Source of the DNA: Myxococcota bacterium
GTDB taxonomy: Bacteria; Myxococcota_A; SURF-8
Length of the DNA: 64,000 nt
Direction of reading: 5' to 3'
Assembly: GCA_963674735.2 (NCBI GenBank)
Contig: CAXXQS010000002.1
Span: 1,728,001-1,792,000, forward strand
Under the pieces are notes generated by a model. That model had not been told where the DNA came from, did no database searches, and saw nothing but the letters and a program-made list of their open reading frames with translations. The translations under genes and the position numbers were made by a program. The first letter of the stretch is position 1, and each line of letters opens with the position of its first letter. Below are positions 49,700 to 60,083 of the stretch, piece by piece.

Positions 49700-49758
49700 C
49701 CGCTACGGCATTTGTGTCCGGACGGGAAGCGGTTTTAAAGAAAAAGATAGGACTTGCC

Positions 49759-50631
49759 ATGTCATGGAAACAGTTGTTGAAACAGGAGCGATTTCCGCTC
49801 TCATCTTCCTATGATCCTGAAATTATTGGACAAAACCACATGGGTCCCAATGCCTTGTGGATCATGGAATGGCTCAGCGAGGCCGTAACACTCAAACCCG
49901 GAATGCGGGTTCTCGATCTGGGCTGCGGGTCGGCGATCAGCTCGATTTTTCTGGCGAAGGAGTTCGGGGTGACGGTTTTCGCCGCCGATTTGTGGATTTC
50001 AGCCGAAGAGAATCTCAAGCGCATCGACGCGGCGGGAGTGGGGGACAAGGTGTTCCCCTTTCAGGCCGAAGCGCACGCCTTGCCCTTCGCGCCGGGCTTT
50101 TTCGATTTGGTGTTGTCGGTGGATTCTTACCAGTATTACGGCACGGACAACCTTTACCTGGGCTACCTCCTGCGTTTTGTCAAACCGGACGGCCGGGTGG
50201 CGGTGGCCATGCCGGGGTTGACTCGGGAATTCGGCGAGGAACCGCCTGCGCATCTTCTGACGCCGCAGAAAAACGGTGCGGTTTTCTGGGAACCCGAGAT
50301 GTGGACCTTCCATAGTCCCGCCTGGTGGCGGCGTCACTGGGAGAAGCTGGGCCAGGTGGATGTGCTGACGGCCGACAACCTGGAGGACGGCTGGCGCTAT
50401 TGGATGATTCACGATCAAGCGATGGAACAGGCAGGTCAGGCGTATTTTCCTTCCGGAGCCGAAAGCCTGGAAGCGGATGGCGGACGCTATATCGGCTTTG
50501 TACGTCTGGTCGCGGCGCCGAAACCTCAGGATGCCGAGAGCGCCGGGATGCCGCATGTGTGGGAGAAGAGCTTCGAGGCCGTGGCCAGCGAAGTGATGAA
50601 TGCCCGCGGCGGTGCACCGGATAAAGATTAA
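49759..50631 (+). CDS. Class I SAM-dependent methyltransferase
   Basis: LKPGMRVLDLGCGSAISS, EAHALPFAPGFFD. Confidence 0.9.
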   Translation: MSWKQLLKQERFPLSSSYDPEIIGQNHMGPNALWIMEWLSEAVTLKPGMRVLDLGCGSAISSIFLAKEFGVTVFAADLWISAEENLKRIDAAGVGDKVFPFQAEAHALPFAPGFFDLVLSVDSYQYYGTDNLYLGYLLRFVKPDGRVAVAMPGLTREFGEEPPAHLLTPQKNGAVFWEPEMWTFHSPAWWRRHWEKLGQVDVLTADNLEDGWRYWMIHDQAMEQAGQAYFPSGAESLEADGGRYIGFVRLVAAPKPQDAESAGMPHVWEKSFEAVASEVMNARGGAPDKD

Positions 50632-53600
50632 ACGCGGTTTTTTCTTCGTCGCCAAGCGACGAGACCTGCAAGTAGCGTCAACCAAGGGGCCCATGCGGCC
50701 CCGGTTGGCGCTGCGCATCCTCCCCCTCCTCCGCCGCTGTTGCCGACGGAATAGCCGTTGCCGGAGTCCGCTTCCGGCAAGTCGGGGTCACCGCCCGGCG
50801 GGGTGATGTCACCATCCGGTTCGTCGTCGTCCCCGTCTTCAGGTGTTAGGTCTCCATCCATTTCACCATCTGCGTCCCCATCGTCGTCTTCGTCGCCATC
50901 GACATTCGCCGTGAGGTCGCGATCGGCGTAGAAACGGACCACCTGTTCGTCGGTCATGCCGCCTGCCCGGATACTTAGACGGACGAAATAATCGCCTACG
51001 CGGTCGGGAACGAGCGTGGCCTGCGGACCGCCGTCGTGTTCGAGTTGCGCCGTGCTGGGCCAGGGCGACTCGATCAGGTCGAAGGTGTAGGCGATGTCGT
51101 CATCACCGCAGGAACGGGAGGCATCGAAGGTGACGCGATCGTTGATTTCGATGGCTTGTCCCTCGACCGGTGCGAGGATGTCGGCCACCGCATGCGGATG
51201 AACGATCGGCGATGAACTGCCGAAAACCACCGAAAAATCGGATTCTTTGCGAATGGTGAAACGATACCCGCTGTCGTCTTCTTCAACCGCGCAAGCCCCC
51301 CGGACTTCAACCGGATGCAGGTCGGAGACGGCAGGCAGCCACAACGCCACTTCACCCGAAGGGGGTGCGTCGATTTTGACGTTGAAGCTCCGTCCATCCG
51401 GTTGCGGCGTCAGCCACAGACGCGCCGGTTGGCTGGCCTTGGCCAAAATGGTTCCATTGGCCGTGGCCAGTTGGGTTCCGCCGATCAGCAGCGCATGTTG
51501 GAGACCGTCCGGAGTGGCGGCAAGGTAGAACAGACGTGCTTGTGCCGTGTAGTCGCCCACGGTTAGGGTTTGCGAGACGGCGGCGGCGGCCACGCCTTCG
51601 CTGAGGTCTGCTGGAAGTTCGGGGGCCGTGTCGTCCAGGTTCCAGGCCGGTTGCGCCTCCGCGCGCGTCGCCGTGACCCGTTGCTCACCGCCTTCGCTGG
51701 GTGCCAGCAGCGACAGAAAAGACGTATCGGTGCCGTTGACGGTGCCGGTCAGGCGGGTATGGGTGGTGGCGTTACGACCGCCTTTGTCGTGGTAGGACTC
51801 GCTCTCTTCCCAGCTAATCGTGCCCTCGGCCGACAGGGTCGAGACGTTTACCGAAGCCCCGGAGAAACTCCAAGTGCCGCCGTCGGCATGAGCGCTGAAG
51901 CTACCGTCCGACTCGCCGCCGCCGTTGCCGTGCCACAGGATGGAAAGATCGTGGGCTTGGCCGTCCTGCGGATGTGCCTCGTCGTAAACCAGGGCGAAAC
52001 GGCCGCGCAGGAACAGCAGGTGGCGGCTGATGGCGGTTTCGGGAACGTGGATGAAATAGCGGGTGTCCATGCGGGCATAGGCCAGCTCCTCGTCATCGAA
52101 CCAATCGCCGAGATAGGCCTCGCCGTCCTCGCCGGGAATATACCCGCCTTCACGGTCGCCGACGATCACGATTTCGCCGTTTTCGTCCGTGCCCAGTTCC
52201 GGGAAAATGAAGGTGTACTTCTGCGGTCCCTGACCGTCCACCAGCAGGATGTTGTGGTCGTCGGGATCGCGGACTTTGTCGTGTTCGCCCCAGCCCAGAT
52301 AACCCGGATCCAGCAGCAGGTGCTGACCGTCGGCGTAAAGATGCAACCCGCCCGGTTCGTTGTGTTCGTGCCCGCCCACGCCGTCGATGGGTTCGCCGTC
52401 GCGGCGCATGGCCCAACTGTTGGCCTTGCCGTGCTCGGCCATCATGATCAGGTAGGTGGCGTCCGGGCTCCAGTCGCTGCGGAAGATCGCCTGTCCGGCG
52501 TCGTAAAGAAACTGATTGCGAGTCCAGCCCAGATCCTCGGGTGTTTGCGGGATGACGGAGTCGTCATAGGCCACGATCGCATCCGCGTCCTGCGCCACGG
52601 AGCCGGAGGCGAAGGCGTAGGTCGGCTGATTTTCCCAGGCCCAGCGGTACAGGCCGCCGTGGGGCAGGTCGGTGACGAGTGCGTAGGTGTACTGGCCGTT
52701 GGGGTCGCAGTCGTCGTGGGGTGGAAAGGTGCCGTTGGGCAGGCGTGCACGCAGCATCCAATCGTGCAGGCGGGCGTTTTCGGGACGTGTGTAGAGGTCG
52801 CCGTACTCGAAGCCGTCCACCGCCCAGCCCTGGGGACCGACGTAGCGATGGAGGGCGCGCATGAAATGCATGTGATTGATGGCGGTGTAGGCATAATACA
52901 CGCCGCCCTCGGCGAAACCGCCCTCGCGTGTGGTGAGGGCGTCGAGGATGACGAAATCGACCTGCGAGACGGCGAAGTCGATCCAGTTTTTCGAATCGCC
53001 GTAGCCTTCCGGGTCTGTTTCGGGCAGGTAACCCTCGTATCCGTTCAACACGATGGCAGCTACTCCCAAAGACGCCGCCGACTTGGAACGGTGGTTGTTG
53101 TTGAGGGCGACGGCCTGCATGTACTTGTCGAGCATCCAGTCCTTGTAGAATTCGCGTGCGTAGGTTTGCAGGTTGGCGGCGACGCGGCCTTCATCCTCGA
53201 AAGGATAGGCGGCCCCGCGCAGCAAATCGTAGGCCACGGCGTAGAGGGTGAGTTCCTGAGCCGAGTGAATGTCGTCGATGTTGCCCTGCAGCGCGGTATT
53301 GAAATGCGGCTCCAGATTCATGTTGTGCAGCAGTTCCTCGGCCTTGCGACCGTAGGCCAGACGGTCGTCCGTCTCGTCGAAGGGTGTGACTTCGAATGCG
53401 TCGCCGACGGCCTGCACGTGGCGGTCCATGGCGTAAACGAAGGCCGCTGCTTTGGCGATATTGGCTTTGATCTGCTCGGGCACGATTTCGTGGTCGTCGA
53501 GATCATAGCCGCTTTGGTTGGCCCGGCTTAAAACGCGCCGATACAATGTGGTGTAAGGATCGCGTGACAAGCGCGCCCGGATGGTGTCTTCGTCGCCCGG

Positions 53601-53726
53601 CCCGTACATCACACGCGGAACGCTCTCCCAGTCCATCGTTCCACGCGACCAGTGCCCGGCCATCGCCGGTGACGCGAACATCGAAAGGATAAATGCGGCG
53701 AAGATGACGAAAGTTATTCGTGGCAT
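50628..53726 (-). CDS. Secreted heparinase II/III (polysaccharide lyase-like) protein with PKD-like domain and MYXO-CTERM-type tail
   Basis: Signal peptide; NNH, EGGVYY, IFRSDW, GHEH..., LLLDPGY, HNILLVDG; GGGGGCAAP-hydrophobic-RRRK tail. Confidence 0.8.
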   Translation of the reverse strand: MPRITFVIFAAFILSMFASPAMAGHWSRGTMDWESVPRVMYGPGDEDTIRARLSRDPYTTLYRRVLSRANQSGYDLDDHEIVPEQIKANIAKAAAFVYAMDRHVQAVGDAFEVTPFDETDDRLAYGRKAEELLHNMNLEPHFNTALQGNIDDIHSAQELTLYAVAYDLLRGAAYPFEDEGRVAANLQTYAREFYKDWMLDKYMQAVALNNNHRSKSAASLGVAAIVLNGYEGYLPETDPEGYGDSKNWIDFAVSQVDFVILDALTTREGGFAEGGVYYAYTAINHMHFMRALHRYVGPQGWAVDGFEYGDLYTRPENARLHDWMLRARLPNGTFPPHDDCDPNGQYTYALVTDLPHGGLYRWAWENQPTYAFASGSVAQDADAIVAYDDSVIPQTPEDLGWTRNQFLYDAGQAIFRSDWSPDATYLIMMAEHGKANSWAMRRDGEPIDGVGGHEHNEPGGLHLYADGQHLLLDPGYLGWGEHDKVRDPDDHNILLVDGQGPQKYTFIFPELGTDENGEIVIVGDREGGYIPGEDGEAYLGDWFDDEELAYARMDTRYFIHVPETAISRHLLFLRGRFALVYDEAHPQDGQAHDLSILWHGNGGGESDGSFSAHADGGTWSFSGASVNVSTLSAEGTISWEESESYHDKGGRNATTHTRLTGTVNGTDTSFLSLLAPSEGGEQRVTATRAEAQPAWNLDDTAPELPADLSEGVAAAAVSQTLTVGDYTAQARLFYLAATPDGLQHALLIGGTQLATANGTILAKASQPARLWLTPQPDGRSFNVKIDAPPSGEVALWLPAVSDLHPVEVRGACAVEEDDSGYRFTIRKESDFSVVFGSSSPIVHPHAVADILAPVEGQAIEINDRVTFDASRSCGDDDIAYTFDLIESPWPSTAQLEHDGGPQATLVPDRVGDYFVRLSIRAGGMTDEQVVRFYADRDLTANVDGDEDDDGDADGEMDGDLTPEDGDDDEPDGDITPPGGDPDLPEADSGNGYSVGNSGGGGGGCAAPTGAAWAPWLTLLAGLVAWRRRKNRV

Positions 53727-53833
53727 GGCAGAACAACCTCTCGATATTTAGCAAAGGTTCCGAACAAAGTGTAGCGTGCCGGGTTCCGCTCCGCAATGGG
53801 AATCCGTTCGTCGCCGGGTCGAATTCCAGCGGT

Positions 53834-56419
53834 TTATGGACCCACTTCGACCAGCGCGTAACGATCGAGCGTGATCAGACGTTTGGCTACGGATAAAACG
53901 TCTTCACGGGTTACCGCCGCGATGGCGTCGGGATAGGTGAGATGGGCGTCGTAGCCTACGTCGTACAGTTCGTTCAGCAGAATCTGCCCCGCCTGAGAGC
54001 CGTTGGTTTGCAGCGAGATGGCGTTGGTGCCGATCAACAGGCGCTTGGCGTGCTGGACCTCTTCGTCGGCCAGATCGCCCTCCAGGATCCGGGCGAGTTC
54101 GCCGAGCATGCCGTCGACCGCCGTCTGGCGTTTGTCGGGGCTGGTGCCGATATAGACGGCGAAATAGCCGGGATCCAGCGATTCGAGATGCAGCGAACTG
54201 ACCGAATAACACAGGCTCTGGCGGTCGCGCAATTGCAAAAACAGGCGTCCCCCCTGACCCGAGAGAATGGCGTTCAGGACGGATAAAGCGTGGCGGTCGT
54301 TATCGCCGAAGGTGAGGCCGGGGAAGCCGAGAATCAGGTGCGTCTGCTGTTTGTCGAGGCTGCGTTTGGCCTCGCGCGGTGCGTCGAGCGGCGGCTCGGC
54401 GGGCGGATCGGCGAAGGCCGTTGCCGTTGATTCCAGTTTGCCGAAGCGCCGTTCGACCAGACGCAGCGCCTCGGTCGGGTCCACGTCGCCAACGAGGGTC
54501 AGCACCAGTCGGTCGGGCTGCAGGCTGCGGGTGAAATTCTCGGCCAGAACGGCAGGCGTCAGGGTGTCGAGGCTGTCCGCCGTGCCCAGCAGATTGAGGC
54601 GGAAGGGATGGGTACGGTAGAGGGTTTCGTGAAACAGGTCGAAGGCCAGGCGCGCGGGCTGTTCGTCCTGGGCGTTGAGTTCTTCCTTGATCAGCATGAT
54701 CTCGCGTTCCACGTCCCGGTCGGGGAAGGTGGGCGTGAGCAGGCAATCGGCGAAAATGGCAAAGCCGCGGTCGAGGTCGCGGGAGATGCAGGAGCCCTTG
54801 ATTCCCAAGGTGTTACGGCCCGAGAAACCCGATAAGCCGCCGCCCATGCCATCCACCGCTTCGGCGATTTCAGCGGCGCTCATGCGCGCATTGCCCAAGG
54901 TGAGCAGACGTGCGGTGAGGTTGAAAAGGCCGTTGGGGGCTTCGTGCTCGTAACGCAGGCCGCCTAAAAGCGCGGCTTGAAAGCTTACCAGCGGCGCGGC
55001 GTGATTGGGTTTGACGATGACGCGGATGCCGTTTGGCAGTTCGGCACGCACGATGCCGAAGGCGTCTGCCTTAGGGATGGGCGTGTACGCGGGTCGGGCG
55101 GTTTGTTCGGCTTGCGCGACGAGCGCGAGCAGGTTTTCGGCGTTGGGTGCGTCGCCTTTTTCGCGGGGCCACAGCAAGGCGAGGTTGGCCGTGGCGGCCT
55201 TGAGATAACGTTGCGCCGCCTTTTCCAGGTCGCCGACGCTCAGGTCGCGCACGCGCGTCATGTAGCGCTCGAAAAAGCGCCAGTCGCCGGTATGGGTCTT
55301 AAAATAACCGAAACGACGTGCCTTGCCCTGGACGGTCTGAGCCTGAAAGATCGCTTCGTTTTCCAAAATCGTTTTCGCTTTGGTCAGCTCCGCCTCGTCG
55401 ATCCCATCGGTGGCGATGCGGAAGGTTTCGACCGCCATCCGCTCCAATGCCGTTTCCAGGTTTTCGGAAACCAGCTCCGCCTCTACCATGAAGAGTCCGG
55501 CCGTTTTGGCGGGGTAGGGGTAGGCGTAGATATCCGTGACCAGTTCGTGCTCGCGTTGCAGGATGCGCGTGAGACGCGAACTGTCGCCTTGACCGAGGAT
55601 CACCGCCAGCGCTTCCAAGGCGGGGATTTCGTCGATATTGATCGATGGAATGGGAAAACACAGCGCCAGGTGCGATTGCTTGACGTCCTCCGGCAGCACC
55701 AGTCCGCGCGGCTTCGTTTGCGGCGGTTCTTCGGCCTGAATCCGTTCGGGCGGATTGCGGACGGCCTGATCGAACAGCCGGGCGGTTTCGCGGCGGACGG
55801 TGGCCTCGTCGGCGTCGCCCACGACCACCAGAGTCATGTTGGGGGGGGTGTACCAGCGGCGGTAAAAGCCGTGCACGGCCTCGCGGGTGAAGGAACGCAC
55901 CGATTCGTCGCTGCCGATGATCGGGTTGCGGTAGGGATGGGTGCTGAAGGCCAGGCGGAACAGTTCTTCGGACAGCCGTCGTTGGGGCGAGTCTTTGCCG
56001 CGCTTGATTTCCTCGCGGATGACTTCCAGTTCGTTGGCCAATTCGTCGGGATCGAAGGCGGAATGCTGAACTGCATCGGCCAGGATATCGAGGCCGCGAT
56101 CGAATTCGGCCGAGGGCATCACCAGGTGGTAAACGGTTTCATCGTGGGAGGTCCAGGCGTTGATGTCACCCCCCGCTCCTTCCACGTCGCGGGCGATTTC
56201 GCCGACGCCGCGGCGGTCGGTGCCTTTGAACAACATATGTTCCAGCACGTGAGCCAACCCCGCTTCTTCGGGACGTTCATCGGCGCTGCCGACGCCCATC
56301 CACATCTGGAACGCCACCACCGGCGCGAAGCGGTCTTCGAGAAAAATGACCGTCAGGCCGTTGTCCGTGGTCCATTCCACCGGCTGGGGGGTGGCTTGCG
56401 GGGTTTGCGTGTCTGTCAC
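53834..56419 (-). CDS. M16 (pitrilysin/insulinase family) zinc protease
   Basis: GLAHVLEHMLFKGT, INAWTSHDET, HPYRNPIIG; duplicated halves; GTG after AGGAGG. Confidence 0.93.
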   Translation of the reverse strand: MTDTQTPQATPQPVEWTTDNGLTVIFLEDRFAPVVAFQMWMGVGSADERPEEAGLAHVLEHMLFKGTDRRGVGEIARDVEGAGGDINAWTSHDETVYHLVMPSAEFDRGLDILADAVQHSAFDPDELANELEVIREEIKRGKDSPQRRLSEELFRLAFSTHPYRNPIIGSDESVRSFTREAVHGFYRRWYTPPNMTLVVVGDADEATVRRETARLFDQAVRNPPERIQAEEPPQTKPRGLVLPEDVKQSHLALCFPIPSINIDEIPALEALAVILGQGDSSRLTRILQREHELVTDIYAYPYPAKTAGLFMVEAELVSENLETALERMAVETFRIATDGIDEAELTKAKTILENEAIFQAQTVQGKARRFGYFKTHTGDWRFFERYMTRVRDLSVGDLEKAAQRYLKAATANLALLWPREKGDAPNAENLLALVAQAEQTARPAYTPIPKADAFGIVRAELPNGIRVIVKPNHAAPLVSFQAALLGGLRYEHEAPNGLFNLTARLLTLGNARMSAAEIAEAVDGMGGGLSGFSGRNTLGIKGSCISRDLDRGFAIFADCLLTPTFPDRDVEREIMLIKEELNAQDEQPARLAFDLFHETLYRTHPFRLNLLGTADSLDTLTPAVLAENFTRSLQPDRLVLTLVGDVDPTEALRLVERRFGKLESTATAFADPPAEPPLDAPREAKRSLDKQQTHLILGFPGLTFGDNDRHALSVLNAILSGQGGRLFLQLRDRQSLCYSVSSLHLESLDPGYFAVYIGTSPDKRQTAVDGMLGELARILEGDLADEEVQHAKRLLIGTNAISLQTNGSQAGQILLNELYDVGYDAHLTYPDAIAAVTREDVLSVAKRLITLDRYALVEVGP

Positions 56420-56595
56420 CGGAACCTCCTGTGATCGAAGCGAGATCATGCGCACGTAGGCGGCGCGGTTTTGTTGATACTTAGAGCGGTTGGGCGGTCC
56501 GTCGATTCCCGGTGAATCATCTGTCGTTGATTCCGGACCCCTCTGTATGGTATAATACATTAACTTTACGAGGCCGCAAGCCAGGGAGTCCGAAA

Positions 56596-57291
56596 ATGAG
56601 TGAACGGCGGCAGCATCCGCGCATTCCGGTGTTGGTTCATGCCACGATCGACCGGCAGCGTGAAAACAATAAACACGAGGAATGGCGCGGGAGTGTGACC
56701 GATGTATCGCTGGGCGGTATGGCGGTGGCGTCGCGGCGGACTCCGAAAATCGGCGATATCCTGACGGTGGTGGTGGTTCATGAGGACGGACCCATTATCC
56801 TGGAGTCGCAGACCCAATGGGTGCGGCGCATGTCCGTGGGCGTGATCGGCGAATTGCGTTATGAATTCGGCGTTCGCATTCTCAAAAAGGACGATCATTA
56901 CGTTCGTTTCGTGAATGCCATGATGCGCAACTTCAGTGATCGGCGGCTGTTTTTCCGTTTCCGCGACAGCTTGTCCGTCTCGTTTCTCACGCGGCGTGAA
57001 CTGGTGCGTGACAAAACCGTCAATCTGAGCAAGGAAGGCCTGTTCGTGTGTTCGACGCATCCGCCGCACAAGGGCGACAAGGTGGATATGAAACTGACCC
57101 TTCCCGATGCGGAAGAAGGCCTGCGGCTATCCGCCCAGGTGCTGCACGTGGTGCCGGTGGAACATTTCAGCTTGCATTTGCAGATCCCCGGTTTCGGGGT
57201 GCGCTTCACGGATTTCACCGATAACGGGCAGGAACGGCTGAACGATTACCTGGCCAATGCGCTCGAGCATTACCCCTTCGCCAAGGGCTGA
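56596..57291 (+). CDS. Tandem PilZ domain protein
   Basis: ERRQHPR/DVSLGG and DRRLFFR/NLSKEG. Confidence 0.85.
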   Translation: MSERRQHPRIPVLVHATIDRQRENNKHEEWRGSVTDVSLGGMAVASRRTPKIGDILTVVVVHEDGPIILESQTQWVRRMSVGVIGELRYEFGVRILKKDDHYVRFVNAMMRNFSDRRLFFRFRDSLSVSFLTRRELVRDKTVNLSKEGLFVCSTHPPHKGDKVDMKLTLPDAEEGLRLSAQVLHVVPVEHFSLHLQIPGFGVRFTDFTDNGQERLNDYLANALEHYPFAKG

Positions 57292-57319
57292 GACCACCAA
57301 ATACGGAGGCGGTAGTCAC

Positions 57320-58006
57320 ATGGATCTGATCAACGAACGTAAGCATAAACGCATACCGGTCCGCTTTAAAACCGAAATTCAGCGAGCTGCGCTGCCCACC
57401 TTGGGTTTTCTGACCAATTTGTCGGAAGGAGGAATGTGTATCCTTGCCAGCGAGGAATTGAAAAGCGGCGACAAACTCGAGCTGGACATTCATTCCGACC
57501 TCTGCGGGGTGGTGAAAGTGGCGGGATCGGTGCTTTGGTCGCGATCCCTTAAAATCGACCTCGTACAGGTGAATCTGTTCGAGTCGGGGGTTAAATTGCT
57601 GGCGCCGCCGCCTGAATATCTGGAGTTGGTCCGCTCGGTGGCTCATGCCTTCGTCGATCGACGGGTCCACCCGCGTTTCCGTTCCGTATTGCAAGTGCGT
57701 GTGGAGGAATTGATCTCCGATGTGGACCTCTTTACGGTCAACATTTCCAAGGGCGGTGTTTTTGTGCAATCGGAAAAACTGCCCAGCCGCGATGAGGTGG
57801 TGGAACTTTTAATTCGTCTGCCCGGGAGCGGGGCGGCGACTTTGCGCCTGGAGGGAGTGGTTCTGGATACCTGCGATGCATCGCGTGCGCGGCGTGAAAT
57901 GCGGGTGCCCGGTTTTTCGTTGCGCTATACACGTTTTCGTGAAGGCGACGACCTCAAACTCTTTTTATATCTCGATCACCTGCAGAAACAGGCTTTGTCG
58001 GCCTGA
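57320..58006 (+). CDS. Tandem PilZ domain protein
   Basis: ERKHKR/NLSEGG and DRRVHPR/NISKGG. Confidence 0.85.
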   Translation: MDLINERKHKRIPVRFKTEIQRAALPTLGFLTNLSEGGMCILASEELKSGDKLELDIHSDLCGVVKVAGSVLWSRSLKIDLVQVNLFESGVKLLAPPPEYLELVRSVAHAFVDRRVHPRFRSVLQVRVEELISDVDLFTVNISKGGVFVQSEKLPSRDEVVELLIRLPGSGAATLRLEGVVLDTCDASRARREMRVPGFSLRYTRFREGDDLKLFLYLDHLQKQALSA

Positions 58007-58169
58007 TTTTCCACCAGACGGATGGTTCTCCGGGAATAATCCGTTCTGGGTGCCTTTCCATAAAAGAAATTATTGCAATTTAGTAAGACTTGCTGTAGGC
58101 AGTTGGACCTGTTTGGTTTGGGATGCTTGATTGAAACATAACTGAAAATGGATGAGGAGGAGGCGGAAC

Positions 58170-58754
58170 ATGAAAAAAATTATGATGGTGGTGGTGTTGG
58201 CGATGGGGTTTGTCCTTTTCGGCCAAGCACCTGAAGCGCGGGCCGATATCGCGCGTGAGATGGACCTGGGTATCGGCGGCCATATGTTCTTGGGCGGTAC
58301 GAACAATTCGCAGTTCACCTTTGGCCTGGTGCCGCAGATTTCCTTCGCACCGATCGACAATCTGCAGATATTCTCCCGCCTGCCTTTCTGGATGGGCAAC
58401 TTCCATGTCGACGACAGCGACTTCCAGCTGCATGTCTTCCCCTTCCTGTTCGGAGCCAAATACAACATCAAATTGATGGACAAGCTTTACTTCTATCCCG
58501 CTTTGGCTATGGGTTTCAGTATTTTGCATAGCAAGACGAATGTTGCCAGCATAGCTGGGTTTAGCGTACCTGGCGTATCTGGCACCAGCACGACGGTACG
58601 CTTCACCATCGACTTCCAGAGCGGTATCCAATACGAGATCATGGATAACCTGGCCTTCGATGGCGGTCTGGACATCATGATCTACAATGTCGAAGGTGGG
58701 GCGACGGTGGCCTTCGGCGTGATGGGCGGCGTTATTTACTATCTGCCGCTCTAA
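58170..58754 (+). CDS. Small outer-membrane beta-barrel protein
   Basis: Signal peptide ...ARA|D; amphipathic strands, aromatic C-terminal strand GVIYYL. Confidence 0.75.
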   Translation: MKKIMMVVVLAMGFVLFGQAPEARADIAREMDLGIGGHMFLGGTNNSQFTFGLVPQISFAPIDNLQIFSRLPFWMGNFHVDDSDFQLHVFPFLFGAKYNIKLMDKLYFYPALAMGFSILHSKTNVASIAGFSVPGVSGTSTTVRFTIDFQSGIQYEIMDNLAFDGGLDIMIYNVEGGATVAFGVMGGVIYYLPL

Positions 58755-58776
58755 CCCATTAAAAACAGTGATGAAT

Positions 58777-58804
58777 AGCGCGGGTAACCCCCGCGCTTTT
58801 TTTT
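58777..58804 (+). terminator. Rho-independent terminator
   Basis: AGCGCGGG-taacc-CCCGCGCT followed by a T-run. Confidence 0.8.
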
Positions 58805-59118
58805 GTGGCTGGCATCCTGCCGGTATTCGTTTTTCGTGGTGGTTTTCGGGTGAACGGATGGTCTTTGAGCATAAAAGGAAGGGAGGGGAGCCGAAGCTCC
58901 CCTCTGCAGAATGGGTAGGATACAGTTTCTAATGCCACGTTAGGTGCCAGGAAGAATGTCGACCCTGACGATTGGTGCAGATCATCAGGATCGAAGTGAA
59001 AAGAGTCGTCGGTGATGTCGTTCCCGTTGTGACTCCCTTCACTTAATTAGACAGATTCCAGATGGGAATTATTCCGGAAGCGACTTTTTTCGGTTTTTTT
59101 TGTCGGAAAAGGGGAGAA

Positions 59119-59922
59119 TTATTTGGAAGGCTTGCTTGTCTCGACCAGCTCGAAAGATCGGGGATCGAAGCGGAAGGTCCGCCCGCCGTTGTAACGGAAT
59201 CCGCCGACATTCACCAGACGCGTGTTTCCCCTTTTGGTTTCAGGTACTTGCGGATTATGGATGTGGCCGAACAAGTGGAGGCGGGGCTGGTAGCGGTCGA
59301 GGTAATCGAGCAGGGCGCGGCTGCCTCCTTCGCTGCGCTTGGCCACCACGTCATAGGTTAAACCATCGATATCGGGAGGGAAATGGGTGCACAGCATGTC
59401 CACTGGTCCCAGGCTGAACAGCTTTTCACGGTAGGTGTCGTCATCGCTTTCCCCCGGCAGGTGCATCGAATACGGGTAGGAGCCGGTTCCCGATAGAAAA
59501 CCCACCCGAACGCCGTCGATTTCTTCCACGCCCACATCCCGGTAGCGTTCGCCCAGCGCTTCTTCCAACAGGTCGGGCCAATCCACGTTTCCATGGATTA
59601 CCCGCGCCGATTCGGGTAGAATTTTGGCCAATTCTCCGTAATCCTTCAGGATTTCAACACGCGCGCGGGCGATTTTCTCCGGATTCCGAAAAAACAGCTT
59701 GTCGGCCAGTTTCAGCGCTTTTTTAGGCCCGCCGGTGGCGATGGCCAATACGATGCGTCCGATGTCGGCTTTGCTCAGCACTCGGGCCGCGACGCCGGAA
59801 AGAGTGTGGAAATCCACTAAGTTGAGGTTATCTCCTAAAAGAAACAAGGGACCGTTATGCGGCCGTTCGGCTGCCAGCAAGTCGTGTGCTCCATGAACGT
59901 CGGCACAGATGGTCCAGGGCAT
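59119..59922 (-). CDS. Calcineurin-like metallophosphoesterase
   Basis: ADVHG, LGD, GNVD, THFPP, FGHIH. Confidence 0.85.
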   Translation of the reverse strand: MPWTICADVHGAHDLLAAERPHNGPLFLLGDNLNLVDFHTLSGVAARVLSKADIGRIVLAIATGGPKKALKLADKLFFRNPEKIARARVEILKDYGELAKILPESARVIHGNVDWPDLLEEALGERYRDVGVEEIDGVRVGFLSGTGSYPYSMHLPGESDDDTYREKLFSLGPVDMLCTHFPPDIDGLTYDVVAKRSEGGSRALLDYLDRYQPRLHLFGHIHNPQVPETKRGNTRLVNVGGFRYNGGRTFRFDPRSFELVETSKPSK

Positions 59923-60083
59923 GCAAGCCTCCCGATTGACGGTTGACGATGCCCCAGCCTAACAGATCGGGCTCGGGTGTCAATGCCTGAGTGCCGGGCT
60001 AATCCGGGCAATTACAGTAAATAGAATTATAATTGTTTCGATTTCAATTGAAGATAAGGAAAAAATATCCGAATATGTAAGGT

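Noticed and set aside
55841-55848. G8 tract in the M16 peptidase as a phase-variation site
   Set aside because: In frame (YTPPN), internal to a housekeeping-type gene, no disruption.
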